A DNA stretch of 64,000 nt from Salpingoeca rosetta (taxonomy: Eukaryota; Protista; Choanoflagellata), in contig JAWQFM010000002.1 in NCBI GenBank assembly GCA_033442325.1, positions 1,534,076 to 1,598,075 of the forward strand. Direction: 5' to 3'. The notes beneath the pieces were generated by a model, which was not told the origin of the DNA, made no database searches, and was given only the letters and a program-made list of their open reading frames with translations. Below, piece after piece: positions 31,447 to 48,669 of the stretch (the stretch's first letter is position 1; each line of letters begins with the position of its first letter). A program made the translations under genes and the position numbers.

Positions 31447-32968
31447 ATGGAGGCGCTGTTGGAGGTGTTTGCTTGCCGCGTTCGCGAGCTCAAGCAGGGG
31501 CTGGTGTTCCTGCAGGAGGAGGAGGGGGAGGGGAAGGAAGGGGATGTGGACCTGCAGCAGGAAAGGAGTGGAGACAAGAAGACGAAGAAGGCCAGCAAGA
31601 GGCGCAAAGGCGAGCAGCTGCTCGGCGCCTTGTGGGAGCTGGACAAGTCCCTCACAGAACTGGAAGGCAGGGTGAGTTGCCGCTGAGGCTGCTGGTGCTG
31701 GTTGTTGTGAGCAAAGGAGGTGCGGAGGTTGACGTGCAAGGCGCTGATTGTGATGGTCATATGTCCACGCAGGATCGTGCTTGTGCGTATATTTGTGTGT
31801 GTGTGTGTGTATGCATCTGGTTGCATACATACAGGATTGTAGTATGAGTTGCTGCATCGTTGTTTGTTTCTGTACGTGTGTGTGTTGTGTAGATTGCAGC
31901 TGGATGTGTCTTGCCCCTGTGTGCGCCCTGCTTGGACGTGTGGGTGTGGGTGTGTGAGTGCGCGCGTGCAGCTGACATGATATGCTCTCGGGTGCTTGTG
32001 ATGCAATCGGTTTGCAGATGGATTTTGTCGAGTCCAAACTCGATGAGGAAGAGACGGAGATGGAGCAAGTGCGTGAGTACGTGACTGCACTGCAGTACCA
32101 GAACGAGCGCGCACACGATGCCCTCGAGAATCTTCCAAAAGGCGTGCCAAACCCTCCCAGCAAAACGAAGAGCAAGGAGAGCGCCAAGGTGAACAACGCG
32201 CGCGTGCTCCAGCCAACACATCAGAACCACAGCGCACAACAGAAGCAGCAGCAGCGCAAGCCCGCCAGCAGCAGACAGCCACTCGCGCCCATCACCAAGA
32301 CAGAGTTTGAAACACTCAACCCTGCCATCCGCAAGAGGTGTGTGTGTGTGCTTGTGTGTGTGTGTTTGTTCGTTTGTGGTTGTGTGTGATTGTGTGTGTG
32401 TGTGTTTGCACAACATTGCTACAGCACTTGTTTCACAAATCACACCAGGCAGTAGCACTCACTCACTCACATACTCACACATACACACACACACACACAT
32501 GTCCGTGTTGAAGACTGAGCCTCGACCGCATGAACGAAGTCGTGGAGGGCATCAAAGCTACCATGTCGGCCACTCACAAGGGAAAGAAGGTGAGCCGTTG
32601 CGGCCTTGTGGCTGGCGTCGTGCTGTGCTGTGTTGGCAGCTCTCTCTGCAAAATGCACAACTTGCACATCGAAGTGCACAAGACAAACACGCAGGCAGAC
32701 AGGCAGGCAGACACTCACGCACACACACGCACACACAGTGAACAGTGAACAGCACATTCACACAACACAACACATATTCACATGCATCTTCCTTGCGTGG
32801 TATTGACGGCAGTCCAACTACAAAGGGTTCACGCGCACGGATTTCGTCATGCATTCCGGTGTTGCCGCGCGCGACCTGGCACGATACATGGGCGCTCTCA
32901 AGTCTCTTGATCGCATCACAGAAACACACGCAAGCGGCAGCACAACATACCTACCAACATTTGCTTGA
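31447..32968 (+). CDS. SKA1: Spindle and kinetochore-associated protein 1 homolog (4 exons)
   Basis: N-terminal coiled coil, then ENLPKGVP, then ITKTEFETLNPAIRKR|LSLDRMNEVVEGIK (cf. SKA1 ITxxEFxxVPxYMKxRLTxxQINxVI), and C-terminal LKSLDRITETHASGSTTY. Confidence 0.75.
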
Positions 32969-33404
32969 AGCGCACGCACGCGTGTGTGTGCGTGTGTGTG
33001 CGTGTGTGTGCGTGTGTATGCATATGTGTATGTGAAGCTGTGATGTTGTCGTGTTGCCCGCCTCAGCGCTGAGTATCTTCTTGCCGCATGCGCACGTCTG
33101 CGCTCTTGTGCTGGTGTGCCGTGTGGCTGTGGTTGTAGTGGTGGTGTTGTTGTTGCTTGTGGTCGTCGTCGTCGTCGTCGTTGTCGTTGTCGTCGTCGTC
33201 GTTGCTGTTGCTTTCTTTGTTCTCGGGATGTACCCGCTGTAGTGATGGATGGGAACGGAGGGAGTGGATGTGAGCTTTTGTAAGTGAACCCCAGAAAATG
33301 GCCGTGCGTTGACCATCGGCGCTGCTGCTTGGCTGTCAGTACTCTGCATGTGTATGTATGTGTGTGCCAGTGCGCGTGTCCGTGTGCGTGTGTGTGTGTC
33401 AGTG

Positions 33405-33435
<31 letters not shown>

Positions 33436-33828
33436 TGCAGTGCTGCTGTCACGCCATGTACACGCGTCGCATTCACGTAACCCAATACAATGCGATCGAC
33501 TTTGTGCTTGGCGCCAGTGACGGTGCATCGAGCAAAGACTTTGGCGGAGCCAGTTATGTATTCATTCGTGCAGTTCACCACAGACGTGGATGTGAAACGC
33601 AATTGAGTTTAGGATAAGCAATTAGTTAGGCGGCTACACACGTTAAGGGGAGAGGGAAACAAACGAGTGCGGCGAAGAAAGGGCAGTTGAAAGCAAACAA
33701 CCAACCGCCGCACTGGCAAACAAAAAGGAAACCAACACAAAGCGCCGGCACACGCACTCACGTCGCAAAGCAAAAACCGGTCCAACCACCAGCCAAACAA
33801 GCGAAACAGTAGGAGGAGCACACATGAG

Positions 33829-33882
<54 letters not shown>

Positions 33883-33926
33883 CAAAACACAGCCAAATGG
33901 CAGTGCTGAGACTTGATTGCATCACG

Positions 33927-36127
33927 TCAGTCCTCATCTTGCATGGCCATTCGCAACTCCTGCAGCTCAGCGGGACTCAGCACGGGCTCCTCATCCTCTC
34001 CGCTCGTCTGCGTGCTCGTGCTTGTGGTCGTGTGCGGTGGAAGCTGGAGATCCGGCACACTTGCACGTGCACGCGCGCCTGTCGTGGATGGCGTGTCCAC
34101 GACAACCACACCGTCACTGTCATCGTGATCATTTTCATCAGCAACATCAGCATCGTCTCCATCAGCATCGCGAGCGTCTGCAACTGTTGGCGGCGCCTTC
34201 TTGCCGGCGTTCTTCTGCTCCGTCTTCTTGGCTTTGGCCTTTGCTGTTGTCTGCTTCTTTCCTTCTCCCTTGGCGGGACGCTTCTTGCTTGCCTGCCTGC
34301 CCTCTGCTCCCGTCTCCGCGCCGTCGACACCAGCGCCACCGCTGACAGCTGGCACCGCATTCTTGTCCTTGTGCGCACGCTTCTCACCCCCCTCTGCCTC
34401 TTTCTCATTGCCTTCCCCTTCCCCCTCCTCATCATCATTTCCTCCTTCATCGCCATCTCGGTCATCATCGTCGCTGCTGATGCCTGGTTCCCCCCTGCCC
34501 TGCTGCTGCTGCTGCTGCTGCTTCGTTGACGTTGAAGCTCTAGCAGCAGGCGTGACAGTTGCGGCTGTGTCCGGTTGTGCTGACTCAGCAGTTTGCTCCG
34601 CGTGCGCCTGTCGCTGGTGGGTTGGCGCGTCCTCTTGGTCGCGCTGTTGCTGTTGTCGTTGTTCTTTCTGGAGTAGGCGGCGTTGCTTGCGCTGCTCCTC
34701 ACGCTGCAGTTTCGCGCTTTCCTGGAGAATAAACGCCTGCACCTCCTCCAGTTGTCTGCACGCGGTGCGATGTTGTGATATGTCGATGAGGAAGTGAAAA
34801 ATAAAGAAGGAAAGGGAGGTGTGTGTGTGCACACGTGCATGTATGTGGATGCAACTATGCGCATGCATGTGTGTATGTGTATGTGTGTATGTGTGTGTGT
34901 GTATGTGTGTGTGTGTATGTGTGTGTATATGTGCGTGGTTGTCCCCATCAACTCGCTTCCTCCTCGTTCCTCTCCACAAAGAGAACATGCGAGTGGCACT
35001 GACGTGTACACGGGGACGTCGAGCGTCTCTGCTCCGGCTGGCGGCGGCTTCGTTGGCCCCGAAAACACACACACGGGCTTGTCGTACAGGGCGGAGAGAG
35101 CAAGCTCAGAGGCGGTGCCTTTGCTGCCGGGAAGACAGACGATGATGTCGCTGGTGAGGATGTTGATGTGGTTGCGGCTCTGAGGGCTGTTGTCCTTGCC
35201 TGCCAAGTGCGTGATGATGGGGATCTCAACATATGGGTTTGGGTACCCGGGCTGGTGTATGCGTGTATGTGTGTGCGTGTGTCATGGTGGGATGGCAGAT
35301 GAGATGGTGGTATCCAATGGTCGTGATATAGAACACCCACGCGAGCAAGCACACGTGACGATGTAACATGAGTCACACACATAAACGAACAAACGAACAA
35401 ACAAACGAACAAACAAACAAACAAACAAACGAACAAACAAACGAACAAACAAACAAACAAACAAACAAACAAACAAACAAACAAAACAAACAAACAAACA
35501 AACAAACAAACAAGTAAGATCGGCTGGACGTACGTATGGCGTGCGGTTGTCTTCGCTTGAGCGAACAACGCCGACGCATCGTCCGTGACGCTTTCGCACG
35601 GAGACAAACGCCTTGCTGGCTGCTTGCATCACGCCGCGCCCGCCACCCGTCAGCAGATTGTACCCGCGCTTGGCCAGCCACCTGATCCGTGTGTTGTGGT
35701 GTGGTGTGTGTATGGGGGAGTGTGTTGGATTGAGTGTCGTGGATGATTGTGTGCGTGTGTGTGTGCGTTTGTGTGTGTTTGTATGTGCATTGTGAGTGTA
35801 TTCGTGTGTGCAGTGTGAGTGCACGACGGTTGCGTGCGTGAAAGCAAGGGAATCGTTGGTGTAAGTGCGCAGGGTTGCTCATTATGTTTGTGAACAAGGG
35901 CGGGCGCTGGGTAAGAAGTGACGTACTGCGCAAGCGGACAGGCAAGCTCAGCGTGGGAGTCAGTGCCTACATCAGAGAGTGTGTGTGTGTGTTTGTGTGC
36001 GTGCGTGTGTGTGTATGTGTGTGTGCGTGTATGTGTATGTGTATGTGTGTGTGTGTGCAGTGTGTTAGAAAGGTTCAAACAAAGTCAGCGGTGCAGGCAT
36101 CCATGCACCAAAGTGCAAACCACACAG

Positions 36128-36184
<57 letters not shown>

Positions 36185-37087
36185 ATGCACCTGATCCCAT
36201 GATGCCGACGGTAAGGAGGCGGATGGGGCGCGGATCCAAGCGCTCCTCGATGCTCAGCTGCTCCATGCCAGACTGATGGTCACGTGCGTGTGCGCGTGTG
36301 TGAGGATGAAACGTGGGGTTGATGCAAGTCGGCGCTTTTGATGCATGCACGCATGCGAGAGCACATGCAACCCAAGACAATGCAGGACAACGCACGTCAA
36401 ACGCCTTGAGTGTTTCCCCGGCAGACTCAATCAGGCTGGTGCCGAAGCTTCGGGCCTGGCCAACGAAGCTCATGAAACCTGCAGCAATCTCATCAAGCTG
36501 ATTGGTCCAAACACAAGAAAGCAGCACCAACAGCGTGAACACCGCTCACGCTGTGTGTCCTTGTGCAAATGCGTGCATGTGCATGTGTATGTGTGTGTGC
36601 GAGTGCGTGCGCGCGTGTGCGTGTTTTCAAATACACAAGAAGCACACATACATCAAGGCAAGTGTGGGCGTACTTCGTGTTCGATATCCTCTGCCAGGGT
36701 GCGGTGCGGAGAGTGGGGTTGCTGTCCCGTAGCCAGGGCGGCACCTGTCCGCGTGGTTGCTTGAGCCGAGCGAGGCTTCTGGGGTTTATTTCTCCTTTGT
36801 GTCGTCTCCTGCTGCTCCTTCACCTGATCGTCTGTGTCATCCCGAGCAGCGCTCTTGCCGCCAACCCCGGTCGCGCGGCCATCACCACCCTCATCATCAC
36901 CCTCATCACCATCGCTAACCTCATCATTAAGGTCATTGTGTTGGGTGTCCTTCGCGCCCTGCGGGTCTTCTTGTTCTTCTTGTTCTTCTTCTTGTTGCCG
37001 TCGCACGGCTTCCTCGTGCCGCAAGCGCTCCATCCTCTCTTCTTCGTCTTCGCCAAGGAGCAACAGGTCCGTGAGCCAGCCGCTCAT
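33927..37087 (-). CDS. SLOG-superfamily (LOG / molybdenum cofactor carrier-like Rossmannoid) domain protein with long low-complexity N- and C-extensions
   Basis: Spliced core: LTVGIMGSG|TDSHAELACPLAQ|WLAKRGYNLLTGGGRGVMQAASKAF...CVGVV...PGYPNPYVEIPIITHL...SRNHINILTSDIIVCLPGSKGTASELALSALYDKPV. Contains the PGxxGTxxE LOG/SLOG motif; intron phases are consistent. Confidence 0.82.
35383..35512 (+). repeat. (CAAA/CGAA)n tetranucleotide microsatellite in intron
   Basis: aaacaaacgaacaaac array. Confidence 0.9.
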
Positions 37088-37411
37088 GGTCCACACGTTT
37101 CCGAACGCAAGCCACCACTACCACGAATATATGTGCGTGAGCGTGTGCGTGTGTGTGTGTGTGTGTGTGCGTGTACGTGAGACCTTGTGCGCGTGTGTTT
37201 GCCAGCTTGTGTGCGTGCCTGTGCAAGATGCACAGCAACGAAATGCACAAGAGACGCACAGGAAGTACAGCAACGCCCTCCCGCGATACAGATCACATGA
37301 ATACCAGCCAACCAGCCACACAACCAGTCAAACCAATCAGCAAAAGTACATAACCGTCGCCCCCACCACTAATCCCTGTGTTGTGTTGTGTTGTGAGAAC
37401 TCCACACACAC

Positions 37412-37480
<69 letters not shown>

Positions 37481-37701
37481 CACACACACATCGCACCTCG
37501 AAACACTCGCTTGCTGACTCGCTGTGCTGCTGATCGACAACCACCAACAGACAACAGTCGCACCCCCTTGCTGTTGCCTGCCTGGTTTGTTTGGAATTGC
37601 GGGCACTCCCGTTTTTGCTGACTGTGCAGAAATTGTTTCAGGAAATATTGCTGGAAACATGGCGAATCGCAGGAGCGCTGAAATTTATCAAAAATCAAGA
37701 G

Positions 37702-37714
37702 TTTTTGGCGGGAA
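37702..37714 (-). promoter_or_regulatory. Candidate E2F binding site upstream of MCM7
   Basis: tttttggcgggaa reads TTCCCGCCAAAAA on the minus strand, a close match to the E2F consensus, ~150 nt before the MCM7 ATG. Confidence 0.55.
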
Positions 37715-37859
37715 GACGCGACGAACCAGCAGAACAACAAGCAAGAAGCAAAAAGACGGCAGCCACTGCCAAACCACAACAACATCATCAGCTGACAGAG
37801 TGCGTGGCGGTCGAGCGGAGGACAACCAGCAACCAAGACTCACCAACCAACAGACAGCC

Positions 37860-43783
<5,924 letters not shown>

Positions 43784-44147
43784 TTCGCTGTGCTCGATGT
43801 CATGCCCTGTTGTGTATGTGTGTGTGTGTGTGCGTCATCTCCGTATCTTCCATGCATTCCCGCTTTGTGTACCCTTTGTCTTTAGCTTGCTCGATGTTTT
43901 GTTTGTCTGGACGTTCTGTGTTGCCGCGTTGCTATGCCGTTCGCTTGCTTGGTCCGGCATTACCCCTCTTGCTCGTTGACTGCACACAAACACACTTGCA
44001 CACATGCACACACGAGCACACATGCCATTCTTCCGCCCTTGCCATGTCTCTCGCTTACGTTTCTCTTTGAATGAACAAATGCAAATCAACGCAAAGCCAA
44101 GCCAACACACACACACACGTGCACACACGCACGCACACACAAATGTG

Positions 44148-45923
44148 TCAGGACAACACACACGATGATTGAAGAAACTCGCCCCAGCCTTGCGCCTGCT
44201 GCTGCTGCTGTTGCCGCCGCTGTTGCCTTTGTGGAAGCCGTATTCTCCCTGGCTCGTGATCTTGATCTTGATCTTGTTTGTGTTGCTGCTCTTGCTCGTG
44301 TCGCTTCTCATGCTCTTGCTTATGCCCCTGCGCAGCGGCTGCAGCCTGCTGAGCTGGCTGCTTGGCGCGTTTGGAGCTGTCGTCATATTCGCCCCCGCGT
44401 GCGTTCGCTGCGCGCTTGGCTTTGTTCCGCTTGCGTCGGGCTCGCGCATCCAGCGCTGCCTCTGCTGGGTCAATGACGGGATCGCCAGCGCGGCGATGGC
44501 GAACAACCACAGCTGTGCTCTCCGTATTGCCGAGTTTGAAGCGCTGCTGGCGGCATATGTGGAGCTCTTGCCCGTGCACAGCGGTGAGCAGCGTTGTAAG
44601 CTGCTTCTTGCTGGTGAGCAGAACGGCACGGCCGCTTGGACGCAGCACACGCGTACACTCACGCAGCACCGCAGGGTACAGGTCCCTGTTGTCTTTCGCT
44701 GAGCCAAACTTCTTGCCAAAGGGCAGATCGCACACAATGCGGTCGATGGACGCGCTCTCCAGCGGCAGCATGCGCGCGTCCCCCTTGAACAGGGCCGCCT
44801 GGTGCGACGAGCGCGTACCAATGGCGTTCTGCGCGGCCGCTCGCAGCTGAGCGTTCGACATGTCGGTGCCCACGAGCAGCGCAGCAGGGCAGAGCCGGTG
44901 TGCCTCGAATAGCAAGGCGCCTTTGCCGCACATGGGGTCGAGGATGACGTCGCCGGGCCGCGGTTCAGCCATCATGGCAAGCGCGTAAGCGGCGCTGCCT
45001 CTCAGCCCTTCCACAACAATGTCTTTGCGATCCGTCAGCCGCTGCTCGCTGAGGGAGATGCCCACGAAGACAAAGGTGTCCTCGACGCGAACATACACTT
45101 CCATGTCGTACGACTTGAGGTCCACGCGCCAGCCCAGCTTGTTTCGCATACTGATGCCCACATGTGCAGCAATGTCCGTTGAGCGGAGGTGCTTTGACCT
45201 TCCACCGATGCGCTTGCACGACACGCGAAAGGAGGGTTCAAAGCTGTTGCTGGTGTTCTGGGTGGCGTTTCGCCATGCGGCAAGCGCGGCGGCGGCTGCC
45301 TTGGGTGTGATGGCATCTGCGATTAGCTCCATGCACTCGGTTGCGTCGCGCTCCTTGAACGTCGCCATCACGCTGTCGTCCAAGCACGCCAGCCCCGCGA
45401 ATGCCCGTTCCACCGTCCTACGGAGCATGGTGCGAACGTGTGTGCGAATGTGTGTGCGAATGACAGGGAAAGAGAGAGAGTGTGTGTGTGCGTGTGTATG
45501 TGCGTATGTGTGTGCGAATGACAGGGAAAGGGAGAGAGTGTGTGTGTGCGTGTGTATGTGCGTATGTGTGTGCGAATGAGAGAGAGAGAGAAAGCGCGCG
45601 CGCGCGTGTGTGTAAAGTGACAGCGACTCACGGCAATGGGTAGCAATCGATGCAAGCATGAAGACACATCACGTCACACACATCACACATCGGATCGCAT
45701 CACATCACATCACACAACAGCAACACACAACAGCAACACACAACAGCAACACACACACACACATATACATATACCTGAGGTTGAGGAGATCACAAGCCTG
45801 GCATTCTGACGTGAATCTGACGAAGCTCTCAGTGGTGTTGACGTCCGATGCACCAAGGAAGCTCTCCACCTCCTGGGCGGCAAACCCTTCCAGCCCACTG
45901 TTGGTTGACAGCGCGTACAGCAT
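44148..45923 (-). CDS. THUMP-domain RNA m2G methyltransferase (THUMPD2/THUMPD3 family); 2 exons
   Basis: GLEGFAAQEV...|TVERAF, FRVSCKRIG, GWRVDLKSYDMEV, LRGSAAYALA, ILDPMCGKG (SAM motif I), CDLPFGKK, LYPAVLREC.RVL..GRAVLLT. Confidence 0.9.
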
Positions 45924-46222
45924 GCTGGCTCGCCACTGTTTGGTGTGCGCCAATGCGCGATTTGTGCTGATTCAGCAGATTTATGATGAACACACCCCAC
46001 ACACCTGCCCCTAATTTCCTCTACCAAGCAAGCAAGCAAGCAGGCAAGCAGTTTGAATTTTTTGTTTTCTTCTTCTTTCCACCCCTTCTCCTTGCTCCGT
46101 TTGTTTGTTTGTTGGTTGGGTGTGCACTCTCCTCCCGCCCCTCCGCCCCTATCTGCTAAGACAACAACACGCCTACACGCTTCGACCCTTTGAAACTGCG
46201 CAGCAGCCAACAACCCACAACC

Positions 46223-46408
46223 ATGGGACAGGATCAGAGCATGCCAAGCAGCACAAGTGCTGTGACTGCACAGGAGTTTGTCGAGGCCATGACAGGCCAG
46301 AAGCTTGCTGACGAGATGGGCTTTGCAGACTTTGACCCCATGGATTTGGTACATGCATGTGTTGTGTTGTTGTGTTGTTGTGTTGTGGTTTCGTGCACAG
46401 CACAAGCA

Positions 46409-46466
<58 letters not shown>

Positions 46467-47118
46467 GGGTGTGGCTGTGGGTGTGGCTGTGGGTGTGGCT
46501 GTGTGTGTGTGGGTGTGGGTGTGGGTGTGAGTTCGGGTTTGTTTACTGGGAGTTATCTCGCATTAGTTGGTGTGATGAGACTTGTGTCTCGCTGTGTCGA
46601 GCGTCTGCCAAGGCCAAACATAACGGTGTCAACCCACCTCTACCTTATGCGACAGATCCCAGGCGTGACAGAGTTTACACCAGATCAAGTCTCCAAGCTC
46701 GACACCTTCCTGAGTACGTTGCGTCTCCGGTATTGGGTGGCTCCAGCTGCGACACACGCGTGTCGACACCGTTCAATGCCCATGAAACACGATGCGTGCC
46801 ACTGATCTTCCATCTCCTTGCACTCATCCACATGTATACTTGTCTCCATTGCGTTTGACATGGACTGCTTGCGGTTGGACTACTGCAGCGGACGAGCTCA
46901 AGTCACTGCGTGGGGTCTTGCGGGAGCTGAGCAAGAACCGCAACAGCGGATTCCTCACGCAGTTCCAAAACATTAAGGCGGGCTTGAGTGAGTGTCACTG
47001 TTATGTGTCTTTGCAGAAGAATGTCGATGGCCAATGACGAGCCTCTGTGCACTGGTCTGAATGTGCACTGTGCGTTGCATTGTTTACCACACGGCTCACC
47101 ATGACATGCACATTCATC

Positions 47119-47206
<88 letters not shown>

Positions 47207-48632
47207 AGCCAACCCTGCGGATGCGTCTCGGGCACGTGGCAATGAACCCCTCAACCGATACGCCAACATTGTCGCCTACGATCACTCACGGGTCACCGTC
47301 TCTGGCAACCAGGTGCGCATATCCGGGTGTGTGTGTGTTTGTGGAAGTGTGCATGTATGTGTTTGTGTGTTTGTGGAAGTGTGTATGTATGTGTTTGTGT
47401 GTTTGTGTGTGCGTTTGTGTGCGTTTGTGCGTTTGTGTGCGTTTGTGTGTTTGTGTGTGTTCATGTTTCCTTGTGTGTGAGTGGGTACACGCAAGCGTGT
47501 GCAACAGCAAAGGACGAAAATGTTGATGTGCATTATGGCTTACACGTCGTGGTCTGCTGGCAACAACAGTACAACCTCAACAACGACTACGTCAACGCCA
47601 ACTGGATCCCTGGCAAGAGCGGTCCTCGCCACTACATCGCCTCGCAGGGACCCGTCCCCGACGCTTTTCCATCGTACGTGTATGGTTCCACATATTCTCA
47701 GCCGTTGTGGCAAACACACCTCACAACACACGAATGTGCGTGCGTACTGACACGTGCACTATTCACTTGGTCATATCAACGCATGCAGGTTCTGGCAGAT
47801 GGTGTGGGAGAACCAAGTCTCTGTGATTGTCATGGTCACCAACGAGGTATGCAACAAGCAAAGCACGGGAGGGCATACTCACGTATTCCCAAATGCAACA
47901 CAACACACACACACACACACACGCACACACACACACACACACAAACATGCACACACACACACACACACAAACATGCACACACACACACAAACATGCACAC
48001 ACACACACCAATCACACACACACAAACATGCACACACACACACACCAACATCACACACGCACACACACACACACACACAATTGCCGATACAGCACGCAGC
48101 CTCACGCTCACAGCAATCTCATGCTGTTGTTGTTGCAGGTGGAAAACGGCAAGCTCAAGTGCCACAGATACTGGCCCGAGCCCATGCAGGGCACATCCGC
48201 GGCGGTAAATAAACCATGCATTTGGACCCCGGGCACTGATTGCGCGCTCATTATCGGTCCCTGCCTCAAGCCCCACTGCCACTAACCAACCACCTCGATG
48301 GAACAGACATTCGCCCTTTCCAGTGCTCACTCACGTGTGCCACTCGCTTTGGCGTTCGATTCATGTCATGTGCTTCACAACAGATCCAGTGCGGTGGTTT
48401 TGAGGTCACATTTGTTGGCCAAGACGTGCTGCCAACGTTCGTGCTGCGCACGTTCTCTGTGAAGCAAGCCAGCAATGGCGAGGTATGCAGCACGCGTGGC
48501 GTGATGACTATGCGGGTTCTACCTTGGCTTTCTGCTTTCGGCAGTTTGTCGCTGAGCGATGATAGACGTGCCGCAATCCCCCCCCTTCACACACATACAC
48601 ACATACGCACGCACGCACGCATACGTACACGC

Positions 48633-48669
<37 letters not shown>

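Noticed and set aside
32951-33602. Minus-strand ORFs between SKA1 and the SLOG gene, including a HYSGYIPR / poly-Thr stretch
   Set aside because: No coherent spliced model could be built; largely simple repeats and plausibly 3' UTR.
46051-46200. TTTGAA hexamers in the THUMPD/PTP intergenic region (and TTTTCAAAA at ~16591)
   Set aside because: Short motifs expected by chance in AT-richer promoters, without a properly spaced GC-rich partner; not reported as regulatory features.
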